In this document: positions 9,157-16,652 of the stretch, in pieces
Position numbering within the stretch: the first letter of the stretch is position 1
How the letters are laid out: the number at the start of each line of letters is the position of its first letter
Origin: a virus
Lineage: Duplodnaviria; Heunggongvirae; Uroviricota; Caudoviricetes
Direction: 5' to 3' (one strand)
Length of the DNA: 64,000 nucleotides
Virus record (IMG/VR): IMGVR_UViG_3300031413_000001
Made by a program: the position numbers and the translations under genes
The notes under the pieces: generated by a model
The model's database searches: none
The model's input: only the letters and a program-made list of their open reading frames with translations
What the model was told of the DNA's origin: nothing

Positions 9157-9590
9157 CAGCGACGACCTCCGAGGAAGTTGCCCAGCTCGCTCATAAACAC
9201 CTTGCTGGCATTCTTGGGATCATTCTGGATTGCGTCCCTGACCCGACGCTCCATGGCGTCTGCCTCGATCTGGATCGTTTCCTGGTGCATCCGCTTTGCA
9301 AAGTCCTTGTCCTCCTGGGACATTGCCTCGCTGGGGACCGGCTTCGCACCTGCTTCAACGTAGCGCGTCCGCTTGCCGTGGGGCACGATCTTGAGAAAGC
9401 CTAGCGCCGCAGTTGCCTCGATCAGCCGGACCGCGTTGGGGTTGCCAGTGCCCGACGTGCCCCAGATCGCCGTCGTGGCCTCGGTCATCGTAAAGCGCGC
9501 CTTGCCCTGGATTTCCAGCTCGTTGAGAACGTGGGCTGCCGTGCTTGCTGCCTTCTGCGCGCCCTTGCTCATCTCGTTCCAGTTTGCCAT
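9156..9590 (-). CDS. Hypothetical protein
   Basis: Promoter and SD. Confidence 0.8.
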   Translation of the reverse strand: MANWNEMSKGAQKAASTAAHVLNELEIQGKARFTMTEATTAIWGTSGTGNPNAVRLIEATAALGFLKIVPHGKRTRYVEAGAKPVPSEAMSQEDKDFAKRMHQETIQIEADAMERRVRDAIQNDPKNASKVFMSELGNFLGGRR

Positions 9591-9647
9591 CGACCGATCT
9601 CCGTGTTGCTTGCCTATGTTCTGGTTTTAACACCAGAGTCAGGTGCG

Positions 9648-9860
9648 TCAACCGGGAAAATCACCCAAGGCTGCAATCAGTTCAACCTCCCAGACGCTTT
9701 TGTCCAGACCATACTGGTCGTCGTTGGTATAATGTTCGCGAATCTTGTTTTCCGCATCCTCGTAGTCGGTGCCCCAGACCAGCGTCTGGACCTTTTCCTG
9801 GTAGCTCTTTTCCATGTAGGGGCTGACGTGGAGCGTTACATTGGCCAGATACAGTTTCAT
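9648..9860 (-). CDS. Hypothetical protein
   Basis: ATGA coupling. Confidence 0.75.
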   Translation of the reverse strand: MKLYLANVTLHVSPYMEKSYQEKVQTLVWGTDYEDAENKIREHYTNDDQYGLDKSVWEVELIAALGDFPG

Positions 9861-10456
9861 GCGCTGATCACATCCTCCACCCTGTAAATGTGGAAGCCGC
9901 AGATCATGTCGATGTGGGTGTCATCGTACAGATACTCGCAACGCGGCTTCTGTTTGCCATAGTAGGTTCCGTTCTTGTGGTAGCGGAAACCACCCTGCGG
10001 ACTCTGGTGCTCTCGCTTGATGCCATAAAAGGTTAGAAAGCGGGGGATCTCGTCATCAGCGATGTGCGGAAAGCATTCAAGGAACTGTTCGGGCGAATCG
10101 CAAAGCCCGTATGCACCCAGACCTTCCACGCCGCGGTACGGCCCCTTCTGGTACTTTTCCGAGTACAGTTTGTTCATCTTCCGCTTGTAGGCGCTCCGGG
10201 CCTCGTGATAGCCCTCCCAGTTGTCCTTTCGCATCAGCTCATAATAGGGAGGAACATCCTCGACCACTGTCTGAACGATGTCACGAACGTTGAAGTTGCC
10301 ATTTGCCACGTACATGCCCTTGGCCATGCGTGGCGGATGGCTGAGCTCCAGGGGCAGGAGATCATCAGGATTCTTGTCGTTGTGCTCCTCGGCCAGCGCC
10401 CTGTATCGTGCCTGATGGTCGTCTGCGAAGGGGCGGAACGTGATATCAACGAGCAT
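9857..10456 (-). CDS. Hypothetical phage protein
   Basis: 199 aa; GxCDSPEQ and GGFRYHKNGTYYG blocks. Confidence 0.8.
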   Translation of the reverse strand: MLVDITFRPFADDHQARYRALAEEHNDKNPDDLLPLELSHPPRMAKGMYVANGNFNVRDIVQTVVEDVPPYYELMRKDNWEGYHEARSAYKRKMNKLYSEKYQKGPYRGVEGLGAYGLCDSPEQFLECFPHIADDEIPRFLTFYGIKREHQSPQGGFRYHKNGTYYGKQKPRCEYLYDDTHIDMICGFHIYRVEDVISA

Positions 10457-10952
10457 TGCGCTTGGCCTTCAGCTTGTCGATCAGATCCTGTTTGGCCGAC
10501 GCGCTGCGGTTGCGCCGCTTCTGCCACTCAGGAGCCTTTTTATCCTCGTCGAGCAGCCGATAGTTCTGATAGTCGATGTTGGGAAAATACTCATCGAAAC
10601 CCAGATAGTTGATGGTCAGCTTTCGCTCGACCAGTTGCTCACGCCACATTGGCCCTTCCTCGCGGCTCTCGCGCTCTGCTGCGCTCTCATGCGTGAAGGG
10701 ATTGAAGTGGTAGCTTTTGCCCAGGCCAGGCTCGCCAACGATCGCCAGAACCAGCGGAGCGTCCCGCATATCGTGCTGCAGGGCTGGGAAATCGCTGATG
10801 TGGGGACCTATCAGGAGAGCGACGCCATCCCAGGCCGCCGACGACAGGGTAAGCGGAGCGGAAGGCGGAATGGTCATCCCAGCATCCTTCATCTGCGATT
10901 CGATGATCGCGTCGCAGCAAGCGTTATAGGCTGCCTTCATTTCGTCGTCCAT
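10446..10952 (-). CDS. Hypothetical protein with P-loop-like GEPGLGKS
   Basis: Walker A-like string only. Confidence 0.7.
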   Translation of the reverse strand: MDDEMKAAYNACCDAIIESQMKDAGMTIPPSAPLTLSSAAWDGVALLIGPHISDFPALQHDMRDAPLVLAIVGEPGLGKSYHFNPFTHESAAERESREEGPMWREQLVERKLTINYLGFDEYFPNIDYQNYRLLDEDKKAPEWQKRRNRSASAKQDLIDKLKAKRNAR

Positions 10953-11171
10953 GTTCAGAAACTCCGCGAGATAAAGCTGGCTGCATCATACAGCCCAAGC
11001 TGGTTGGCGACATCGTAGAGACGGGCCAGCTGGTCGTTCAGAGCGCCCTGGCTTTGCTTGAAGCGCGGAAGATCTTTTACATCCTCTGCCTTAAACGCCC
11101 GTTCGATCTGCATCCACTGTCTCCTCGTTGCCTATGTTCTGGGTTTAATACCAGAACAATCCTTGTCAACC

Positions 11172-11208
11172 AAGAAAATGGGGTGGACTGCGCTAACAAT
11201 CCACCCCA
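11172..11208 (-). terminator. Intrinsic terminator
   Basis: TGGGGTGGA...TCCACCCCA stem followed by TTTTCTT on the minus strand. Confidence 0.75.
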
Positions 11209-11388
11209 CGATCTTTGTCTTTCTCCAGCTTCGCGGCACACCCCGTCTTGAGCACCCTTACCCGACCGCGTTTACCTCCCGGGACGACAATGATTTTTGT
11301 CTACAACGAGATCGTCACCTTTGGCAGCTGGAGCCTCCAAGCCCAAGACGTTCGGACTTTTTGAAATCGGGGGCACCAAACTTGTTCA
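11175..11388 (-). ncRNA. Candidate pseudoknotted ncRNA (about 210 nt)
   Basis: Dedicated promoter 11393-11419 and terminator, no SD-led ORF, several long-range complementary pairs. Confidence 0.6.
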
Positions 11389-11424
11389 ACCAACTTAGCT
11401 TCTAAAACTCTACTGTCAACCGTC

Positions 11425-11856
11425 TTATGGAACAAAACGCTCCAGGGGCTGGCTTGCAATCTGTTCAGCTTTGGCCTTGCGGAACACCGTTTGCTTGGTG
11501 CCACGCTTTGTCTGATTGGCGTTGATCTTGTAAGTGACAATCCGCGCCGTGCGACCATGCTTGAGCATCGTCATCCACATCAGCTTTAGACCATCGCGTG
11601 ACCACCAGGCGAGAAGCTGCTCCATACTGTCAAAGCCGCAAAACCACTCACGCCGGCCATTGAGCTCCCAGTCGCGTTGCTTGGTCCGGCTCATCTTCAG
11701 GCCCAGCCAAAAGACGCGGAGTTCCTCTTCCTCTTCGGGGCTGGGATGACAGAGCCGATCCTCATTTCCCTCCAGGACTGCGCGGGTAAAGCGATGACCA
11801 AAGCCGGCACTATAAATGCCCTTGCCTTCGTCGCTTTCGATCCTGTAAATGAGCAT
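11425..11856 (-). CDS. Hypothetical protein
   Basis: ATG after SD AGGGAG; promoter 11882-11908. Confidence 0.8.
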   Translation of the reverse strand: MLIYRIESDEGKGIYSAGFGHRFTRAVLEGNEDRLCHPSPEEEEELRVFWLGLKMSRTKQRDWELNGRREWFCGFDSMEQLLAWWSRDGLKLMWMTMLKHGRTARIVTYKINANQTKRGTKQTVFRKAKAEQIASQPLERFVP

Positions 11857-11915
11857 CTCGATCTCCCTGCTGTCCAATCCTGAATAGCAGAACTGGACAG
11901 GGGATCAACCGCTTT

Positions 11916-12203
11916 TTAGCCCTCGTGGTGATAAGTTTTCACAAGCTTCAGAGCCTGCGTGAGCGTCTTGACGTCACCAACATTCCAATCGTCAACCGAC
12001 CCGCTCGTCAGGACAATTTCCATATCTTCAGTAAAGTCGAAGCGCACAAGAGGAGCAGTCATATTGTAGACTGCAACGTGGCGAGCAACACCGCCTTTGA
12101 CAAAGTAGGAGCGCAGGATAAAGGTCAGCGCGCTACCAACGGTCTTAAAGCTGCGATCGCTGGCGTTACCATACGGGCTGTTTGGCGTTGCGATGATCTG
12201 CAT
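11916..12203 (-). CDS. Hypothetical protein
   Basis: Promoter and SD AGGAG. Confidence 0.8.
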   Translation of the reverse strand: MQIIATPNSPYGNASDRSFKTVGSALTFILRSYFVKGGVARHVAVYNMTAPLVRFDFTEDMEIVLTSGSVDDWNVGDVKTLTQALKLVKTYHHEG

Positions 12204-12266
12204 TTGCTCACTCCTGTTTGTTCCGATAAACAGACACTAGCAGGACTGGTGAGCCGCGCAACCAGT

Positions 12267-12470
12267 TTATCGCTTCTCGCGGAAGAAAACCCACAAAAAG
12301 ACAAACCCCCAGCCAACGACCACCAGCATGACGATGATGTATTGGCCGACGAAGTTCTGGAACAGGGTGTACTTGGGATCGTTCTTCGCGCAGGCGTCCA
12401 TGGTATCACAGGCAAGCCAGGTACCCGTGGCAATGTAGGCGAGGGCGATGACTTGAAAGATCAAGTCCAC
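12267..12470 (-). CDS. Two-TM membrane protein
   Basis: Two hydrophobic segments, basic C-terminus. Confidence 0.7.
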   Translation of the reverse strand: MDLIFQVIALAYIATGTWLACDTMDACAKNDPKYTLFQNFVGQYIIVMLVVVGWGFVFLWVFFREKR

Positions 12471-12784
12471 TAGCAGGGGACCTTATCGCAATAGTCGAGC
12501 GGCGAGCAGAACTCTTCGCCTTCCTGGTCTGTGCCATAGACGATACCGTCGATGATTGCTTCGACCTGAACGGTCTCCACCCAGCCACGCGCCACTTCCA
12601 TCAGGACCATGTCCTTGGGCTGAATCTCGCGAGTCATCTCACTGGCCGCCACAATCTCTGCCCAGCTGAATGAACCAACGGTTGACGAACCCGTTGCGAT
12701 CTCGGCCAGTTCCTGGGCCGAGAGGTTGCTTTCTGCTAACCGGGTCTTTGCTTGTTCAATCATCGTCTGCTCCTTTGTTGCCAC
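12470..12784 (-). CDS. Hypothetical protein
   Basis: Downstream of promoter 12787-12813. Confidence 0.75.
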   Translation of the reverse strand: MATKEQTMIEQAKTRLAESNLSAQELAEIATGSSTVGSFSWAEIVAASEMTREIQPKDMVLMEVARGWVETVQVEAIIDGIVYGTDQEGEEFCSPLDYCDKVPC

Positions 12785-12819
12785 GTGTTTAGCACCTCAA
12801 ATCCTGGAGTCAACCAGGA

Positions 12820-13035
12820 TTATCGGCGAAAACCCTCACCAATGTTGTGAATCTTGATGCCGGTGGGCTTGACGAGACGGCGGATTTCGGTTGGCGTCGT
12901 GTTGCGAACCTGGATCCAATTCTGACGCGCTTCAGCGATCTGGATGCCCGCGTCCTCGAGCGCGCCAACGGCTGCTACTCGATCACCTGCGTTCCAGTTT
13001 TTGAGAACTACTTCCAAGCTGCGCTTGCCGGCCAT
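12820..13035 (-). CDS. Hypothetical protein
   Basis: Promoter and SD AAGGAG. Confidence 0.8.
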   Translation of the reverse strand: MAGKRSLEVVLKNWNAGDRVAAVGALEDAGIQIAEARQNWIQVRNTTPTEIRRLVKPTGIKIHNIGEGFRR

Positions 13036-13183
13036 CTTTGATCTCCTTGCTGTTGTTCTCTTTTTACAACCTGGTTACCAGCTTGCAACCAAAGAGTTCA
13101 CAGAAACATCAAAGAAACCATAAGGACGAGAAGGGCCAGCACAAGTGCCAGCCCCAGGTAGGATCCGAATTTGCTTTTGCCCA

Positions 13184-13489
13184 TCACATGCTCCAGTAAA
13201 GTTCGGTCGACGGATCGCAGCAACGAGGAGTATCGGCAGCGATCTGGATGGGCTTGCCGCTCATCATGTTCGTAACGGTCTTCATTTCCGGCTGGGCGGG
13301 CGCTACGGCGACGGGCTTTGCAGCGCGGACGAAAGCGTTTGCTTCCCGGGCGTTTGCACAAAGGGCAACACGTTCGTCGCCAGTCTTGAAGCCCTGCTTG
13401 AGCGTTACTTTGGACTTGCCGAACGCGAACTCAATCTTCTCGACCTTCTTGTTTGCCTGCAGGGTCTCGAACACTTTACCGATCTTCAT
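13184..13489 (-). CDS. Hypothetical protein ending TPRCCDPSTELYWSM
   Basis: ATG 13489 after SD AGGAG and promoter. Confidence 0.8.
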   Translation of the reverse strand: MKIGKVFETLQANKKVEKIEFAFGKSKVTLKQGFKTGDERVALCANAREANAFVRAAKPVAVAPAQPEMKTVTNMMSGKPIQIAADTPRCCDPSTELYWSM

Positions 13490-13667
13490 TTTGCCAAACT
13501 CCTGTGTGCGTTTCCGATGTACCAGAAGTAGCACCAAGTAAGAGCCAGTCAACCAGAATAAGAGCCACTTTCCAACTCTTTTATTAACCCTAACAGGTAT
13601 AGTTAATGGGTCCAGGGTTCAAGGAAATGGGGAGAGTGGATCCACTCTCCCCATTCTTAATCCAGAT

Positions 13668-14948
13668 TTAGCTTCCCATTGCAGCCATACCCACAACATA
13701 GTTGAACGGCACCTGCGGTCCAGTAGTGGTATTGATGTTTGGTGTTCCTGGAAGGACCATTGAATCAGTGGTTCCTGCAAAGGTATATCCAAACGGACGC
13801 TGTGAAGATGCGCCCGTTCCGTTGTTACCAAATACCAAATATCCATTCTTATAGAACATATTGGTGTATTGTGAATAAGCTGCTCCATTGCTGCTCATAT
13901 TGGTAAAGCCAGTCTGAGTCCAATTGATACCATCGTTACTGGCTAGGTAGTAGGCAGTAGAGGAGCTCGCGGTGTTGTTGCGGTTCATCGCGGCATACAG
14001 GGTACCATTTGCATAAACGACATCGTGAACGTAATGGCCAAGAATGTGTCCAGCGACTGTATTGCAAGCGGACCAGTTGACTCCATCATTGCTTACCATG
14101 AATGGAATACCAGCGGTATAGACACCGGCAGCAAGCCATAGCCCATTTACCCTGGTTATCATTGGACTCACGTAGTTGCTGACTCCATTGCTTTTTCCAG
14201 TGCTATCCGTTACTGGGATCCAAGTTGCACCAAGATCACTTGAACGCCATCCATAGATATTGACTGAACCACCTTGGGCAGTGTTTCCAAGGTTACCAAT
14301 GAAGATGTCACTTCCACTATCTTGTACCTTGGTAAAGTTTCTCAAATAGTGTCCGTTTGTTGAATCATAAACAAATGAGCCCCTAGCCGGAACGAGAAAT
14401 AGTGTCCACGCCAGACCATCAGCCGACCTTGCAACATACTGGTTTACTGGAGATGTAGAGCCTACATCTCCAAGCAACATCTGCATCCAAAAGTAACCGT
14501 TGGAAAAGCTCAGCTTTCCCATGACCTGATTGGTCGTTGGTGTTGTAGGAAGCACCGTTCCGCTTGGCAAAGTCAAAGTTACCGCACCGCTGTTCTGAGT
14601 AAATGCTGTATAGTTGACGCCATCAAGGCTTTTACGGACCACCAGAGCACTGTTGGGCATTGTGGAGTATGCACCACCGCCCTGAATCATGCCACCACTA
14701 CTGTTGGTGTCTCGGTTGGTGTTATTGTTGGTAAGAATCAACCACTGACCATTACCATAGACGCAATCCCAACCGCCCTGACCATTGCGGGTTGTCCACG
14801 AAACCAAGTCAGGACTGGTATAGGCATGGTTGCCATCAATGACCATGTAACGTTCTACGCGAGTGTTATTGACCGTGATGCCGAAGTTACGATCAGCATA
14901 AGCACCGTCACTGTCGGTTGCCCTAACAGTAAATTGAAAGTTTGCCAT
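13668..14948 (-). CDS. Virion Asp-box (BNR) beta-propeller protein with N-terminal Ig F-G hairpin; putative receptor-binding subunit
   Basis: Repeated SxDGxxW motifs; N-terminus FQFTVRATDSDGAYADRNFGITV. Confidence 0.8.
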   Translation of the reverse strand: MANFQFTVRATDSDGAYADRNFGITVNNTRVERYMVIDGNHAYTSPDLVSWTTRNGQGGWDCVYGNGQWLILTNNNTNRDTNSSGGMIQGGGAYSTMPNSALVVRKSLDGVNYTAFTQNSGAVTLTLPSGTVLPTTPTTNQVMGKLSFSNGYFWMQMLLGDVGSTSPVNQYVARSADGLAWTLFLVPARGSFVYDSTNGHYLRNFTKVQDSGSDIFIGNLGNTAQGGSVNIYGWRSSDLGATWIPVTDSTGKSNGVSNYVSPMITRVNGLWLAAGVYTAGIPFMVSNDGVNWSACNTVAGHILGHYVHDVVYANGTLYAAMNRNNTASSSTAYYLASNDGINWTQTGFTNMSSNGAAYSQYTNMFYKNGYLVFGNNGTGASSQRPFGYTFAGTTDSMVLPGTPNINTTTGPQVPFNYVVGMAAMGS

Positions 14949-14959
14949 GTTTAGTTCCT

Positions 14960-16123
14960 TTACTGAACAGTGATAGTGTAAGCGCGAAGACTATACGCCT
15001 GAATATTGTCTATGACTCTAATGGTAAAATTGTAGAGGCCACTTTGCACATACTTAGTATTGGCAATGGTGCCACTGATCTTACCCGTACTGTCAATGGT
15101 CAAACCAATAGGGAGGCTTCCACTGTTGATATGAAGACGAGCCGTTCTACCCGAATAGGGATTAATGGAAAACTGGCCATTGACCGCGGTGCCCTTAGCA
15201 AACGATCCAATACTTCCACCATCGGTCATCAGCATCAGAGTCTGACCATTTACCACCAAGGAGTTATTGAGAATGGGATCCTTGGTACGATCATAGAAGA
15301 TAGGATCGGTAACCAGTTTGACTTCCGCACAAGTGCCGGAAATTACACCGCTTTTGGGTTCAAGATTCAATCCCCAGGGCAGCACGCCGTTGACCACTCG
15401 GTAGTTGCTAATAGTCTTGCCACTCTGACCAGTTGCTGCCATTGTGATCGTATTACCGTTGGCTCCCGACAACGTATCATTTTCGTTGAATACTTTAATC
15501 GTACCAGGGAGAGTAGTCCAAACCGGCGGAGTTAGGATGCTTGGACTTAGGCCAACATCAAAACCTGGGTTTAGTATTTCCGATGTTGAGCCAGTGATTG
15601 CACCTGTGCGAGGATTGAGCCTTAGACCCCAAGGCATGCCGCCACTAACAACCAAATAGGATTGGATTGTCTTGCTACCCTGAGGAGTTGCCGAAAAGGA
15701 TAGGTTTACTGTTGCGGTTTCACTGAATACGCCCAAGGTACCAAACGTCGTGTTCCACTTCGGTGGATTAACATTGGTGGCATCGGCAATCTGACTTCCC
15801 TTGAACTCACCAACCTTACCACTGATCACGCCGGTTTTGGGATCCAGTCTGAGACCCCAGGGAAGTGGTTTGTTACCAACAACTGCCACACCAGCTATCG
15901 TTTTACCAGCGCGGGGATTAACCACCAATGCAGGCAAACTAATGGTGTCGGTAACGTTTGCTGTTACCAGAATGGTATCCGCGTCTGGACTACTCCAAAT
16001 GGGACCCTGACCAACGTTTTCGGGACTGAGGTTTCCAACCAACTTACCAGTTGTGGATTCCATTGTGACACCTACGGGAAGATCACCTCCCTGAAGGCTA
16101 TATTGTATCTGACCTTTAGCCAT
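14960..16123 (-). CDS. He_PIG/putative Ig repeat virion protein
   Basis: Five LPxG[LV]x[LMI]xxx[TS]Gx[IL]xG repeats. Confidence 0.85.
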   Translation of the reverse strand: MAKGQIQYSLQGGDLPVGVTMESTTGKLVGNLSPENVGQGPIWSSPDADTILVTANVTDTISLPALVVNPRAGKTIAGVAVVGNKPLPWGLRLDPKTGVISGKVGEFKGSQIADATNVNPPKWNTTFGTLGVFSETATVNLSFSATPQGSKTIQSYLVVSGGMPWGLRLNPRTGAITGSTSEILNPGFDVGLSPSILTPPVWTTLPGTIKVFNENDTLSGANGNTITMAATGQSGKTISNYRVVNGVLPWGLNLEPKSGVISGTCAEVKLVTDPIFYDRTKDPILNNSLVVNGQTLMLMTDGGSIGSFAKGTAVNGQFSINPYSGRTARLHINSGSLPIGLTIDSTGKISGTIANTKYVQSGLYNFTIRVIDNIQAYSLRAYTITVQ

Positions 16124-16580
16124 TACTGTTTGCCATTACCCTTCCTGAGTAATCAGCACCGCTGTTACCCTGTCCAACATTACCGCTTGGTGTTACCCAA
16201 TTGACCTGCGTTCCAACATCCTTGACCACCAGATTGAACTCCCGGTCAGTAAAGAGGTTGGTGCGATCCGTAACCCTAGCAGTAAAGGTGTAGGTTGTGT
16301 CTTGACCAACCTGACCAATTGTTCCCAGCAAGTGGCCCGAGATAGCATTAAGTGAAACACCACTAGGCAAAGTTCCACTTTGAACACTATAGCTGGCAAT
16401 ATCACCATTGGGATCACTTGCGATCAGTGCGAAATCAATTGAGTCGCCTTCATTCCAAGCACCAATAAGTCCGGTTGGCGTATCCCATACCGGAGGATTG
16501 GCAACAGTGGGTGGGCGATAGATTCTTTTGAAATGGACTCTACCTCTGGGCCTGTAATGGCCAATCAATTTGATACTCAT
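16116..16580 (-). CDS. He_PIG/putative Ig domain protein
   Basis: One full Ig repeat plus a C-terminal half repeat; SD GGAGG before ATG 16580. Confidence 0.85.
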   Translation of the reverse strand: MSIKLIGHYRPRGRVHFKRIYRPPTVANPPVWDTPTGLIGAWNEGDSIDFALIASDPNGDIASYSVQSGTLPSGVSLNAISGHLLGTIGQVGQDTTYTFTARVTDRTNLFTDREFNLVVKDVGTQVNWVTPSGNVGQGNSGADYSGRVMANSNG

Positions 16581-16599
16581 CAATACCTCCACCTAGTGC

Positions 16600-16632
16600 C
16601 CTATTTACCACTTCCGGCCCGTAGGTAAATAT
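16600..16632. promoter_or_regulatory. Back-to-back late promoters (TAAATA on both strands)
   Basis: GGTAAATAG (minus) and GGTAAATAT (plus) between divergent structural genes. Confidence 0.7.
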
Positions 16633-16652
16633 AGAAACTAGGGAGTATCGTA

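Larger units (their letters stand above)
623..13552 (-). promoter_or_regulatory. Set of 19 related sigma70-type early promoters (GGTTG[A/C]nn-N15-[C/T/G]TA)
   Basis: -10 to -35 spans: 623-649, 1454-1480, 1705-1732, 2163-2189, 2686-2712, 3618-3644, 5528-5554, 6509-6536, 6763-6789, 7439-7465, 8848-8874, 9625-9651, 11143-11169, 11393-11419, 11882-11908, 12235-12261, 12787-12813, 13061-13088, 13526-13552. All lie at gene boundaries, most upstream of an SD and start codon. Confidence 0.85.

Noticed and set aside
10446-10952. Functional NTPase
   Set aside because: Walker A-like string present, but no convincing Walker B or full domain.
11175-11388. RNase P RNA or tmRNA
   Set aside because: Only short coincidental strings (AAAGUCC, GGUAAGGGUG). 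Too short, with no P4 partner, tRNA-like ends or tag frame.
706-13541. Long plus-strand ORFs in the early region (for example 706-1332, 1366-2157, 10440-11018)
   Set aside because: Antisense shadows of minus-strand genes that have promoters, SD sequences and coupling.
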